This document shows positions 25,011 to 38,105 of a stretch of 64,000 nt of DNA, piece by piece; within the stretch, counting starts at the first letter, position 1; every line of letters begins with the position of its first letter. Source of the stretch: Octopus sinensis (taxonomy: Eukaryota); contig NC_043022.1 in the NCBI RefSeq assembly GCF_006345805.1, positions 1,798,001-1,862,000 on the forward strand, in the 5' to 3' direction. A program made the position numbers and the translations under genes. Below the pieces are notes generated by a model, which worked only from the letters and a program-made list of their open reading frames with translations, was not told where the DNA came from and did no database searches.

Positions 25011-26430
25011 TATATATATATATAAAACACACACAAACACACACACACATACAGTCTCTGCTTACCACATTTACTCACAAGTGCAACACTTCCAAACACA
25101 TGGAAACACTTGCACACATATATGCACATGCACCAACATCTGTAGATGCACAATAATGCCTGTATAACTATATCTATCTCTCTATCTATCTATCTATCTA
25201 AGATGGATTGCTGGAAAGATAGACAGATAAGAGTATATATAGGCGCAAGCATGGCTGTGTGCTAAGAAGGCAGGAGGTGGGGTGGGGGAAGAGGGGGGAC
25301 TGGGTGTAGCGTGTGAGGGTATGTGTTTGAGACAAACCTGTTTGCAACGTTCTAGCAATCACATGATGGTTTACCTGTAAAAGTCTTATATACGACAGGC
25401 TTCTTTCAGTTTCCGTCTACCAAATCCACTCACAAGGCTTTGGTTGACCCGAGGCTATAGTAGAAGACACTTGCCCAAGGTGCCACGCAGTGGGACTGAA
25501 CCCAGAACCATGTGGTTGGTAAGCAAGCTACTTACCACACATCCACTCCTGCGCCTATATATATGTATATAGACAGATAGAAAGATCTTTTATTAGAAAT
25601 AAATGACAAGCAAGCAGAACATGTGGCATCACTTTAGGGGATGTAATTTATGATTCAAACCTAATTGCAGATTAATTAGAGTAAATAAGGGATTAAGAAA
25701 TAATAGGTAAGGTGCTTTTACAGCTGTTTCTAGAATGGCCGTGCATGTGGTGGATGCTGCGATGCTCTGTTACAGCGCATACTCCCATACCACCACCACC
25801 ACCACTACAACAACATCCCCTGCTGTGTGGGGATCTGCCTGCCAAAGAATAAACCCAACATTTCCTCATTGTTTTACAAAGGCAACTTATAAGAGGTTGG
25901 GGTAGGGTTTGCACTCTGACCTTGTAAAACCCTCACCAGCAAGTTACCAAAAACCATACAGACCCATGGGTTAGGGGGATTGTTGCCTGAGTGGTGCAAG
26001 GGTCTCATCTGCCAAGGGTAGTAAGGAACCACCAACAAATGGTGGATGCAGGGATGCACTGTTACAGGGCATGGCCCCCTACTACTACTACTACCACCAC
26101 CACCACTACTACCACCACCACCACTACTACTACCACCACCACCACTACTACTACCACCACCACCATCACTACTACTACTACAACAACTACTACTACTACT
26201 ACAAAATCTGTCAACCCACTGACCTTGAAGATGGTGATAAGATTCTGTGAAGTGGTTGGCATCCAGCCATAGAAACTATGCCTCAACAGTCAGCAGGCAT
26301 TGGTGCAGTATTCTGACTTGTCGGCCCCTGTCGAACCATCCGACCCAAGCCAGCATTGAAAATGGATGCTAAATGATGATGACGATGATGATGATAATGG
26401 TGATGATGATGATGATGGTGGTGGTAATGG

Positions 26431-26813
26431 ATGGAAGCACTCGGTCGGTTCCGACGACGAGGGTTCCGGTTGATCCGATCAACGGAACAGCCTGCTCGTG
26501 AAATTAACGTGTAAGTGGCTGAGCACTCCACAGACACGTGTACCCCTTAACGTAGTTCTCGGGGATATTCAGCGTGACACAGAGAGTGACAAGGCCGGCC
26601 CTTTGAAATACAGGTACAACAGAACAGGAAGTAAGAGTGAGAGAAAGTTGTGGTGAAAGAGTACAGCAGGGATCACCACCATCCCTGCCGGAGCCTCGTG
26701 GAGCTTTTAGGTGTTTTCGCTCAATAAACACTCACAACGCCCGGTCTGGGAATAGAAACTGCGATCCTACGACCGAGAGTCCGCTGCCCTAACCACTGGG
26801 CCATTGCGCCTCC
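26431..26813 (-). mobile_element. SINE family C, full length
   Basis: Colinear with 38501-38884; inserted in a GAT/GGT array. Confidence 0.9.
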
Positions 26814-27531
26814 ACTGGTGGTAATGATGGTGATGATGAATAGCACAAAACCAGTAAGGGGTAATAACACAATGATGATGATGATGGTGGTGGTGATCGT
26901 TGCAATGATGGTGATGGCAATTACAATAAGGAGGCGGGGGTGAAGACGGTGACGATAATGTTGATGATGATGATGACGATATTACAGGGGAAGGAGGTGG
27001 TGATGAAGGTGATGGGGATCATAGTGAAGATGATGATGATGATGATGGTAATAGACAGAAAGGAAGGTGATGGTGATGACGATATTGGTTTTCATTTGTG
27101 CTGCCAGTGATAATGAGGATGGCGATAATAACAATGATTACAATGGTGGTGGGAGCGGTCATAGTGGTGGTTGTGTTGATGATGATGATGATGTTGACGG
27201 TGATGATGGTGGTGATGATAGTGATGATGATGATGGTGGTGGTAGCGGTCATGGTGGTGGTTGTGTTGATGATGATGATGTTGACGATGATGATGATGAT
27301 AGTGATGATAGTGATGATGGTGGTGATGATGGTGGTGGTGGTCGTGGTGATGACAATTATGAAAGACTCCAGGTCAGAAAGACTTTCACAGGTAAACCAT
27401 CATGTGATTGGCTAGAACGTTGCAAACAGGTTTGTCTCAAACACATACCCTCACACGCTACACCCAGTCCCCCCACCTCTTCCCCACCCACACCCTGCCT
27501 TATATGTAAACACTTGCATGTGTATACACAG

Positions 27532-27565
<34 letters not shown>

Positions 27566-28534
27566 CCACAAACATACACATATGCATACATAAAAACACA
27601 CATAAGCACATTCATAAAACATGCACACACAGACACACACACATATATGAACACACAGGAACATACACACACACATACACTTGCACACACAGAATCATAC
27701 ACACACATGCACACATAAGCATACACACACACATACACTTGCATGCACACAAGCATACACACACACACACACGCACATACAGAAACATACACACACATGT
27801 GCACCCACACACACACACACACACACATGCCTACACGCACACCGAGTCCTCTGCTGAAGTGGTGCCCGTGACAATAACAATTATTTCTTTTCTTTTCAAT
27901 AACAAGAGACAAAGGCAGGAATTATAGGCACACGTGACCTTTAACTCCCCCCCTCTGTCCGTCTCCAATCACTTCTCTCTACCTCCCCCTCCCCTCCCCT
28001 TCCCCACCCTTGCCATGCAGTCCTAATAAACTATCAATAGACAATATCTGATTCATGAAAGTCACATGGTACTGGAGGGGGATGTCTTGTGTGTGTGTGT
28101 GTATGTATGTGTGTGTGTGTGTATGTTGTAGTGATATTATTTTATTGACCCCTAAAGGATGAAAGGTGGGGTGGAAGAAAAGGGTGTTGTTGGTAACAAG
28201 TCGAGTCTCAAGAAAATTGGGGAAACATGAGAGAAACACAAGGAGCCCAAGAAAGAAACCCTTTTTTTTTCTTTTCTTGTAAACATCTTCAGAGGAAAGA
28301 TTGAAACCCTATCGCCATCTCCATTTGTTGTTTAAGATGCAGGGGCAGATAATAAGAATAGAGATGTGGGGGTAGTAGAGATGTGGGAGGGTTAGCATAG
28401 TGCATCGAAGTGTGGTGGCAGTGTAGCAGTGTTGTAGTTACTGTTATAGTTTAGCGGTGCTGATGTATTGGTGGTGTGGAGTGGGGTAGGGGTAGCGGTA
28501 GACAGGGGTTGGTTTTGGAGATCTAAGTAGGAAC

Positions 28535-29101
28535 CCTTGATTATCTGCTGGACCCATGTCTATGAAAATGAAGCAGGAGAGGTCACCCATTGGGTTTAAA
28601 AGAAGTCTGGTTTCACTGAGCCAAATTTCTCTTGGGAGACCCTGGTAGTGACCCTGGTAGTGATTATCTGCTGGGCTCCTGTCTACGAAAATAAAAACCT
28701 CATAATCTACCTTGAATCAGGAGAGGCCCCACCACCTAATCTCCATGAGTTCAAAATTAGTCCAGTTTCACTGAGCCAAATTTCTCTTGGGAGACCCTGG
28801 TAGCGAACCTTGATTATCTGCTGGGCTCCTGTCTACGAAAATAAAAACCTCATAATCTACCTTGGATCAGGAGAGGCCCCACCACCTAATCTCCATGGGT
28901 TCAAAATTAGTCCAGTTTCACTGAGCCAAATTTCTCTTGGGAGACCCTGGTAGCGACCCTTGATTATCTGCTGGGCTCCTGTCTATGAAAATAAAAACCT
29001 CATAATCCATCTTGAATCATGAGGACACCTTCCCCACCACCATCTCCATTGGGTTCAAAAGCAGTCTGGTTTCACTGGGCCAAATTTCTCTGGAGACCCT
29101 G
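28535..29101. repeat. 150-bp-period minisatellite (~4 units)
   Basis: TGATTATCTGCTGG recurs at 28538, 28661, 28811 and 28961. Confidence 0.95.
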
Positions 29102-29543
29102 GTAAGCAGTGTGTGTTGTAGTGATATTATTTTATTGACCCCTAAAGGATGAAAGGCAAAGTTGATCTTGGCAGAAAAGGAACTCAGAATGGAAAGTTTG
29201 AAGAAATGATGCTGAGCATTTTCCCTGATGTGCTAATGATGCTGCCAGCTTGCCCCACCTATTACTAGTTTACTAATAACGACATATTTATTTGACTAAA
29301 TTCTTCATTATTTTCAAAATTAATTGAAACAAAAGACAGTGTATTTCAACAGATATATGGTAACAAAAGAGTTAAAGTGATCTAAACGAAAACCTTCCAT
29401 TAAAAGGTCATGTTAATTCATGTTCCAAATGCTAATTTAATAAGGAACAAGGCACAAGGAATTTAAATTTAGGGGATAGGGGCAGTTGATGACATCGATC
29501 CCTGGGCTTGGCTGGTATTTATTTCATCAAGCCTGAAAGGATG

Positions 29544-29845
29544 TGTTGTGAAGTGGGTTCTTCCCATTAGTGTGATGTGTGACTGCTGTTGTCCTGTAGT
29601 TGCTGTCTTATGCTAGTAGCCATAATAGTTATTAGTTATCGGATACCGTTGTATCTCTTCATACCGGAATCGTAATACACTAACTTCTTCTATCTAGCTA
29701 TCACTGATAACTTCACAGGACTCTGACTAGAACTGTCAACTCTTCGACTCTCGACCCACTCTTGATGACTGGCTACTGGTCTATTTATAATGGCTGGCTC
29801 CTACCACTTTTTACTGGGAGGGGTATACAGTTTTACTATACAACA
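29544..29845 (-). mobile_element. Solo LTR (302 bp) inserted in a SINE-B
   Basis: Termini TGTTGT...ACAACA; 5-bp flanks GGATG and GGGTG; TATAAATA on the minus strand; the host motif GAAAGGATGAAAGGCAAAG is restored on removal. Confidence 0.75.
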
Positions 29846-29894
29846 GGGTGAAAGGCAAAGTCAACCATGGCAGAATAAATACTTATTTAATAAT

Positions 29895-30600
29895 CCTTTC
29901 TACTATAGGCACAAGGCCTGAGATTTGGAGGAAGGGAACAGTTGATTACATCGACCTAATTAATAACTGGTACTTAATTTATTGACTCCAAAAGGATGAA
30001 AGGCAAAGTCGACCTCAGCGACATTTGAACTCAGAACATAAAGACGAACGGAATGGCGCTAAGCATTTTGCATGGCATGGTAACAATTCTGCCAGCTTTC
30101 CGTCTTACATACTCATTTAATAATTATTTCAAATTTTTGTCACAAGGGCAGCTTGGAGGAGGTGGGGGATGAGTCGATTATATCAACCCCAGTGTTCAGC
30201 TGGTACTTATTTAATCGACCCCAAAAAGGATGAAAGGCAAAGTCAATCTCAGTGGAATTTGAACTCAGAACGTAGCGGCAGATGAAATACCGCTAAGAAT
30301 TTCGTCCGGTGTGCTCACAACTCTGCCAGCTCACCACCTTAATAATGATAATAATAATAATGATAATAATAATAATAATAATAATCCATTCTACTATAGG
30401 CACAAAGCCTGTAATTTTGGGGTGAGGAGACTAGTTGATTACATCGACCCTAGTGTTTCACAGGTATTTAATTTATCGACCCTGAAAGGGTGATACTGCA
30501 AAGTCAACCTCGGCAGAATTTGAACTCAGAACGTAATGGTGGGCAAGATACTGCTAAGCATTTCGCCCAGCATGCTAATGATTCTGCCAGCTCTCCACCT
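29895..30600 (-). mobile_element. Cluster of three same-orientation SINE-B copies
   Basis: Three successive AAAGGATGAAAGGCAAAGTC...GAACTCAGAAC...CTGCCAGCT blocks. Confidence 0.8.
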
Positions 30601-30699
30601 TCACGTACCTATTTAACAATAATGACAAAAATATTTGACTAAATTCCTCAATATTTTCAAAATTAATTGAAATGAAAGCAGTGTATTTCAACAGAAATA

Positions 30700-31124
30700 G
30701 GCGTAGGAGTGGCTGTGTGGTAAGTAGATTGCTTACCAGCCAGATGGTTCTGGGTTCAGTCCCACTGCATGGCACCTTGGGCAAGTGTCTTCTACTATAG
30801 CCTCGGGTCGACCAAAGCCTTGTGAGTGGATTTGGGAGATGGAAACTGAAAGAAGCCCATCATATATATGTGTATGTATATATATATATATGTATATATA
30901 TATATGTATGTATGTGTGTATATGTTTGTGTCTGTGTTTGTCTCCCCCAACATTGCTTGACAACCGATGCTGGTGTGTCTATATCCCCGTAACCTAGCAG
31001 TTTGGCAAAAGAAACTGATAGAATAAGTACTAGGCTTACAAAGAATAAGTCCTGGGTCGATTTGCTCGACTAAAGGCGGTGCTCCAGCATGGCCACAGTC
31101 AAATGACTGAAACAACTAAAAGAG
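30700..31124 (+). mobile_element. SINE family A, full length
   Basis: Family A architecture. Confidence 0.9.
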
Positions 31125-31999
31125 AATTAATGTTCTGTTAAAATTAAGGTTGTCTGTAGAATAAAGGTAGGGGCTCTGTGATTTTGTTTTTTTGGAAATC
31201 ATATAAGGGATCTGAGTAAAATATGTGTGGGGGCTGCTGGTCTAATCTAATAGAATAGAGAATGGTGTTGGCGTTGTGGTGAAGTATTTGGTGTGATATG
31301 CCTTGTGGAGGGAATGATGTAAAAGTGCAGTGGTGTGGAGGGCTGGTAGCAAGGGCATGTGGCAAGGGGTTGGAAAAACAAGGAGGCACAGTGGAGGAAT
31401 GTGGAGTGGGTGGTGTCTGATGAATTCGGCGGGGAGGCGGGATACTGAAGAGGGATGGTTAGTGAGGGTGCACATGGTGAGGAGACGGAAAGGCTAGGAG
31501 ATGCAATGGACGGATGCAGAGGTGGGTGGTGTGTGATGCTGAAGTCGGTAGGGTGGGGGTGTTGATGGTATGGGGGTGTTGTTGGTATGGGGGTGTTGGT
31601 AGTGTGGTGGTGTGGAAGTGTTGGTATGGGGGTGTTGGTAGTGTGGTGGTGTGGGAGTGTTGGTGTGGGGGTGTTGTCGGTATGGGGGTGTTGGTGGTGC
31701 AGGAGTGTTGGTGTTTGTGGGTGTTGTCGGTGTGGCGGTGTTGGTGGTGTGTGGCTGTTCCTGGGGTGGTACGGGGCACAGTAATGCATTAACAGTGTAT
31801 ATGAAGTGGGTGTGGTATGTGGGTGCAATAAGGGCCGTAGTTAGGGTGAGGAGTTATGGGTGGTGTAGATTGGTACGGTGGTGCAGTAGCATGACATGGA
31901 CGGGAGTGCGGTGGGGGTGGTGGGAATGGATATCGTAAATAGCTGAGTGACTGTAGTTTGTTTAGAAAGAACTTCATCGCCCCCTCTGTAAACAGGAGT

Positions 32000-32550
32000 G
32001 ATGGCTGATGATTGATGACATTGACAACGGTGATGAAGATTGATGATGACGATCATGATGATGATGACAACGACAGTGATGATGATGGTGATGACTATGA
32101 TGATCAGAAGATAACTATGAAGTTGATAACGATGATGATAATGATGGTGATGGTGGTGATGATGATGGTGATGGTGTGGTGATGGTGGTGGTGGTGATGG
32201 TGGTGATGGTGGTGGTGGTGATGGTGATGGTGGTGATGATGATGATGGTGATGGTGGTGATGGTGGTGGTGGTGATGGTGGTGATGATGGTGATGGTGGT
32301 GATGATGGTGATGGTGTGATGATGGTGGTATGATGGTGGTGATGATGGTGGTGGTGGTGATGGTGATGGTGTGATGATGGTGGTGTGATGATGATGATGG
32401 TGATTCCAATGGTGATGATGATGATGGTGGTGATGATGGTGATGACAATGATAACGATAATGACTATAATTATGACGATGATGATGATGATGAAGACTAT
32501 GATGATGGTGGTGGTGGTGGTGATAGTAATGATGATGATGATGATGCCAG
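32000..32550. repeat. (GAT/GGT)n low-complexity array
   Basis: Direct reading; it explains the poly-His ORF. Confidence 0.9.
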
Positions 32551-32834
32551 TTTTATCAGACCTGACACATTAAGAAAGCTAAAATGGTGGAAAGACAATA
32601 AATAGTAGGGTGATGGTGGAGGTGGAGGTGGCAGTGGTGGTGTGAAGGTATTCAGTGGGATTGCATTAAAAAAAATAGTTTTTAATGTTTTACTGTTATT
32701 TTTTCTCTTTACCTTTTCCCCTGTTACATGCTGTTTATTTTATGCTATATATATAAATATATATATATATATATACATACATACATATATATATGTATAT
32801 ATATATAAATATATATATTATATATACATACATA

Positions 32835-32890
<56 letters not shown>

Positions 32891-33609
32891 TATATACATA
32901 TACATATATATATGTATTTATGTATGTATATATATATAGCATAAAATATATAATATATATATATATATATACATATATATGGTGTTTGTTTTATCTTTCA
33001 CAGTTTTGTTGTTGTTGCTGCTGTTGTGTGTTGCATGGCAACAAGCAAGCAGCCGGCAGAGTAGCATAAAGAACGATGGTGTAACAGTTAAGAAGAAGAA
33101 GAAGAAGATAAAGAAGAAGAAGAAGAAGAAGAAAGAGAAGAAGAAGAAGGAGAAGAAGAAGAAGAAGGAGAAGAAGAAGAGAAGAAGAAGAAGAAAATGA
33201 TGCACAGAGGAATGGATGAAGCGTTAGGAGGCTACCAGTGCACAGATCCCAAGTTCAACTCTCCAGCAAGCGTTTCAAAGTGATTCACCATGGGGCCCTC
33301 ACCGTAGCTCTTAGATACTCCAGTGCTGTTAGCACAACAGGCAACAAGCCTTCTCCAAATATCCAAACTGTTTTGCATTCCTCCTGGTTCCACTAGGACC
33401 AGCTTCCAATGCTATCAGGACATCTTGGAATAACAACAACAACAAGCTTTTCTACTATAGGCACAAGGCCTGTAATTTGGGGGAAGGGGGATAGTCAATT
33501 ACATCGACCCCAGCATGCAACTGGTACTTAATTTTTCCTTTTTACTGGAAGCACAAAACCTGAGATTTGGGGGAAGGGATTAAGTCGATTAAGGGAAGGG
33601 AATGGTTAA

Positions 33610-33830
33610 CCCTTTAGTGTTTAAACCGACCAAATCCGGCCCAATATATTCTACATGTTTTATATTCAAACTGGTGATATCTGGCCTCTCACTCCTAACC
33701 TACAATGCCATTCTGAAAATAAACAATCACATCATTGAAACCTCAAAGCTATGAGATAATGTTTGATTAATTCAAAACAATTTGAGTGGAAAAGTATTAC
33801 AGTTAACAGAGTATTCTGAACACTAAAGGG
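33610..33830. mobile_element. piggyBac-like MITE (221 bp)
   Basis: TTAA|CCCTTTAGTGTT...AACACTAAAGGG|TTAA; an inverted fragment of the same family lies at about 42200-42330. Confidence 0.75.
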
Positions 33831-33839
33831 TTAAATCTT

Positions 33840-34731
33840 AATTTAGAGGGGAGGTCTATAGGATGATGTGGAGCAATTGAGTGGCCATCATGATCCCCAG
33901 GATTGACTCCCACCTGACTTTATTTTGTGGGGCGTACTTAAAAATCTTGTTTATTCCCTGGAACTGAAAACGATTCCTGAATTAAAACAAGCAATTTCTG
34001 ATAAATTTTCTACGATTAACGAGGAAATGTGTCAAAAGGTTTGTAGAAGTGTTGCTGGTAAGTAATTAGCATTGTCGTAAAAATGAAGGGGAGTGTTTTG
34101 AACATACTCTTTACTCTTTTACTTGTTTCAGTCATTTGACTGCGGCCATGCTGGAGCACCGCCTTTAGTTGAGCAAATCGACCCCGGGACTTATTCTTTG
34201 TAACCCCAGTACTTATTCTATCGGTCTCTTTTGCCGAACCGCTAAGTGACGGGGACGTAAACACACCAGCATCGGTTGTCAAGCAATGCTAGGGGGACAA
34301 ACACAGACACACAAACACAAACACATACATATATATATATATACACATATATACGACAGGCTTCTTTTAGTTTCCGTCTACCAAATCCACTCACAAGGCA
34401 TTGGTCGGCCCAGGGCTATAGCAGAAGACACTTGCCCAAGATGCCACGCAGTGGGACTGAACCCGGAACCATGTGGTTGGTTAGCAAGCTACTTACCACA
34501 CAGCCACTCCTGTGCCTGTTGATTAAATTTTTTATCGTAATGAATTAAGCTGTTTTGATGGAGCAATATTTAATGAATTTCTTGAAATTATGGCAATTTA
34601 TTTGAATTATTTCATATTTTTGTTTCTTTAATTCCTGTAATAAATTTTTATATAATAAAATTTAGTAAAGAAAACAACTTTTGTACTGTAAAAATTAAAT
34701 AAAAATGGTGTTAATTCTGCCGCACCCTGTA
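33840..34731 (+). mobile_element. 3' half of a decayed Tc1/mariner-superfamily transposon, interrupted by SINE A (34105-34516)
   Basis: Reads IEWPS*SPGLTP.DFILWGVLKNLVYSLELKTIPELKQAISDKF (WP.RSPDLTP.DF.LWG motif); ends AATTCTGCCGCACCCTG|TA. Confidence 0.8.
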
Positions 34732-35246
34732 TATAAGTGTGTGAGTGAATTTGTGTGTGCGTGAGTGAATGCGTGTGAGTGAGTGAATGTGTGTATGTGT
34801 GAGTGAATTTGTGTGTGTGAGTGAATGTGTGTGAGTGTGAATGAATGTACATGCGTGAGTGAATGCGTGGGTGAGTGTGTATGAGTTAGTGCATGTGTGA
34901 GTGAATGTGTGTGTTTATGCGTGTGGGTGAGTGTGTGTGAGTGTATATGTGTGAGTGTGTGTGTGTCTATTACTGTACTCAGAGCAAAAGAAAAGGTGCA
35001 TGTATCAAGGTGTGTTGAAAGAACTTTGATAAAACATTGAATCAATTAAATAAAATAATTATTAAACTAATTATTTATTTGATTGATATTAAAACTAATT
35101 AATTGACAATAAAATCGAAGTGAAATACAACCAGTGCACTCCCTGTTTCAGCAGACAACAGCACAGCAAGAACTCTGGAAATCATCAACATCAACATTTA
35201 ACATCCTTTTTTCCATGTTGGCATGGGTTGGACAGGTTATAATTTA

Positions 35247-35743
35247 ACATACTCACTGGTAAAATTTCCACTTATTTCTTACTAGCAGCATAGCCCGGCG
35301 TTGCCCGGGTATGTAAGAGCCCCTAGTAGGCAACGACTAATCCCAATCTAGTTCTTTCCCTCTAGGGAACGAAGGCGCATGTGTAGGTTGCAATGTCTTC
35401 TCTTCACTCGAATACTTCTATGTATACGATGTTCCTAGCTGTCTCCCGACAGAAAATGTGTTGCATATAAAAAGCTTAGATTCTCGACCCCATGTCGAAT
35501 TTATCGATTTTTTTTCAGAACTGGGGGAACTCTTCAAAATTTTCGCTGCGTTAGTTTTGAATTATGACATTGGGCTATGTGTGTGTTAAGTTTCATCAGA
35601 ATCGGTTGAAAGCCGTGGTCAGGGTGAGGGTACAACCTGACAGACACACAGACAGACAAACTGCCGTTTATATATAGAGAGATTTCTATTTTCCTAAAAT
35701 TTTCGTTGTGTCTTGCAAGTGGAAATTTTACCGGTGAGTGTGT
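35247..35743. mobile_element. ~96-bp TA-flanked MITE hosting the Helitron at 35282-35682
   Basis: ACTCACTGGTAAAATTTCCACTT (35251-35273) and AAGTGGAAATTTTACCGGTGAGT (35717-35739) are inverted repeats matching at 22/23. Confidence 0.7.
35282..35682 (-). mobile_element. Non-autonomous Helitron (401 bp)
   Basis: Minus strand A|TCTCTCTATATATAAACGGCAG ... CCCGGGCAACGCCGGG hairpin ... GCTGCTAG|T: 5' TC, 3' CTAG, AT target, no TSD. Confidence 0.85.
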
Positions 35744-36059
35744 TACATTATAAGGCACAAAAAGAGAATGACTCTCCCCAGACACAACAGAATATGCTTC
35801 AACACACAAACTCACATAAAGAATCTTGCAAACCAAATCCAAAAACGAAATATATATATATATATAGTAAACCCTTGTCACATCACGGTTCACCTATTGC
35901 GCACTCGGTACATTGTGGTTCCCCTATCGTGTACACGGTACATCCCAGATTTTTCTGGCTAATATACGTAAATTTATATCACAGGCTCCTCAGTATGGCA
36001 TGGGTTTCTGCAGCCGATAGGTATTTATATTTTTGTAGATTTTAATTATTTCTGCGGTG

Positions 36060-36420
36060 GTTTTTTGACTGTGGCCATGCTGGAGCACTGCCTTTAGTTG
36101 AACAAATCAACCCCCAGGACTTATTCTTTGTAAGCCTAGTACTTATTCCATCGGTCACTTTTGCCGAACTGCTAAGTTACGGGGACATAAGTACACCAAC
36201 ATCAGTTGGCAAGCAATGGTGTGGGGACAAACACAGACACACAAACATATATATATATATAAGATAGGCTTCTTTCAGTTTCCATCTATCAAATTCACTC
36301 ACAAGGCTTTGGTCAGCCCTAGGCTATGGTAGAAGACACCTGCCCAAGGTGCCACGCAGTGGGACTGAATCCAGAACCATATGGTTGGTAACCAAGCTAC
36401 ATACCACACGGCCACTCACA
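36060..36420 (-). mobile_element. SINE family A
   Basis: Family A motifs on the minus strand. Confidence 0.8.
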
Positions 36421-37294
36421 TATACATGCATATATATATATATATATATTTGCTGTAGATTCAGCTCAGAGCTGTGGCCATGCAGATGCACTGCCGTTTG
36501 GATATATATATATATAATTCTTTATTGCCCACAAGGGGCTAAACATAGAGGGGACAAACAAGGACAGACAAAGGGACTAAATCGATTACATCGAACCCAG
36601 TGCGTAACTAGTACTTCTTTAATTGACCACCAAAAGACGAAAGGCAAAGTTGACCTTGGTGGAATTTGAACTCAGAATGTAGCAGCAGACAAAATACCAC
36701 TAAGCATTTCGCGTGGTGTGCTAACGATTCTGCCAGCTCACCACCTCGACATATATATCTTTCTTTATCCTTATCTTTTGCTTGTTTCGGTCATTTGACT
36801 GCGGCCATGCTGGGGCACTGCCTTGAAGGGTTTTAGTCAAACAAACCAATCGCAGGTCTTTTATTTTAAAGAGTGGTGCTTATTTTATCGGTCTGAGAGA
36901 CCAAAATCTTCACAAGACTTGAATGGAAAGAGGAAGTTATGTCTTTTGAGAGAAAATCTACAATTAACATCCCACATTAAAAGAAGTACTGGTCATCATT
37001 TGCTAGATTTATGGCCAAATCTCTAAGCTGAGGATTAGAGTTTGGAATGATTTCAGTTACTCAACCACCATAGGAACTCCCTAGTCTGCAATACTGACAG
37101 AGGCCACCTGCTGCATACACATACACACACGCATGCACACATACACACACAATAGAGATGTGTGAGAAACATTTACAAGTGCAGTGTAGGTGTGTATGTG
37201 TGTGCGTATGTATTCACCTGTGTGAATAAGTATATATATAAAGGTGTGTGTGTGTGTATATGGAGAGAGAGAGATAGAAAGAGATATTGCTTAC

Positions 37295-37340
37295 CCAGGT
37301 ACAAGTCCATACAAATTTTCACGTAAAGACTGATCGACAC
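37295..37340 (-). CDS. Candidate 46-nt internal exon of an unidentified gene (VDQSLRENLYGLVP in one frame)
   Basis: Acceptor ctctgactgccag| and donor TGG|gtaagc; two frames are open. No homology established. Confidence 0.3.
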
Positions 37341-37561
37341 CTGGCAGTCAGAGGTTTATTTCAGGGAAAAGAATGTTGTTAACCAAGAGTTATTTTTACC
37401 CGGGTGTTTATAGAGAACGTGCTTGTATCAATACACATTAACACACTCCTACCCTGTATCTACACCATATTTCTACCCAGTTCCTCTTTACTGCATTATT
37501 AAACAACACATAATACTGTACTCTGCTTTACACAGCTGTCATTTCCACATTATTGTAAAAG

Positions 37562-37902
37562 TAAAGACTCCCCAGCCCCTGGTCATGAATGACCATGGGA
37601 TTGCACCTAGAAAGTTCCCCTCAGGGGCACAAGTCTGGGCAAGGTTGTTTATAGAAGACCAGGTGTCGCCCATGCATACCAGACTCCTGTCTCTACACCA
37701 CTAAAGTTATCCAAAGGAAAAGAAAAAGGGGCCAATACAGCTTGGCACCAATGATGCTGCAACTCATTTCTACAGCTGAATGAACTGGAAACTGTGAGAA
37801 AAAGACTTGCTCAAGAACACAACACACAGCCTGCCCAGGGAATTGAACTCGCAATCTCATGATTGTGAGCCTGACGCTTTAACCACTGAGCCATGTGCCT
37901 TC
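37562..37902 (-). mobile_element. tRNA-derived SINE, family E
   Basis: Reverse complement GGCACATGGCTCAGTGGTTAAAGC...GAGTTCAATTCC...GTGTTCTTGAGCAAG; partial copies at about 44990-45140 and 47640-47770. Confidence 0.8.
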
Positions 37903-38064
37903 AACATTATAATATGTTTAGAAAACAAAAGTTCACCTTTACCTCATCTTCATACACAGGGTTGCACGATACACGCACATGCGCATACTCGCCTTCTTTT
38001 AGTGCAGATGGTGCACCATTGGTGTTTCGCTCTTAGGGAGAATGTCGTTGACAAGTGATGTTGC

Positions 38065-38105
38065 ACTTACCTGTGGAAAGAAGAGAAGAAGAAAACAGGT
38101 ATTAA
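38065..38105 (-). promoter_or_regulatory. Candidate recursive splice site (3' splice site abutting a 5' splice site)
   Basis: Minus strand TTAAT ... TTTTCTTCTTCTCTTCTTTCCACAG|GTAAGT. Confidence 0.45.

Noticed and set aside
27067-27927. 286-aa Asp/Gly then His/Thr ORF
   Set aside because: Translation of a GAT array followed by (CA)n.
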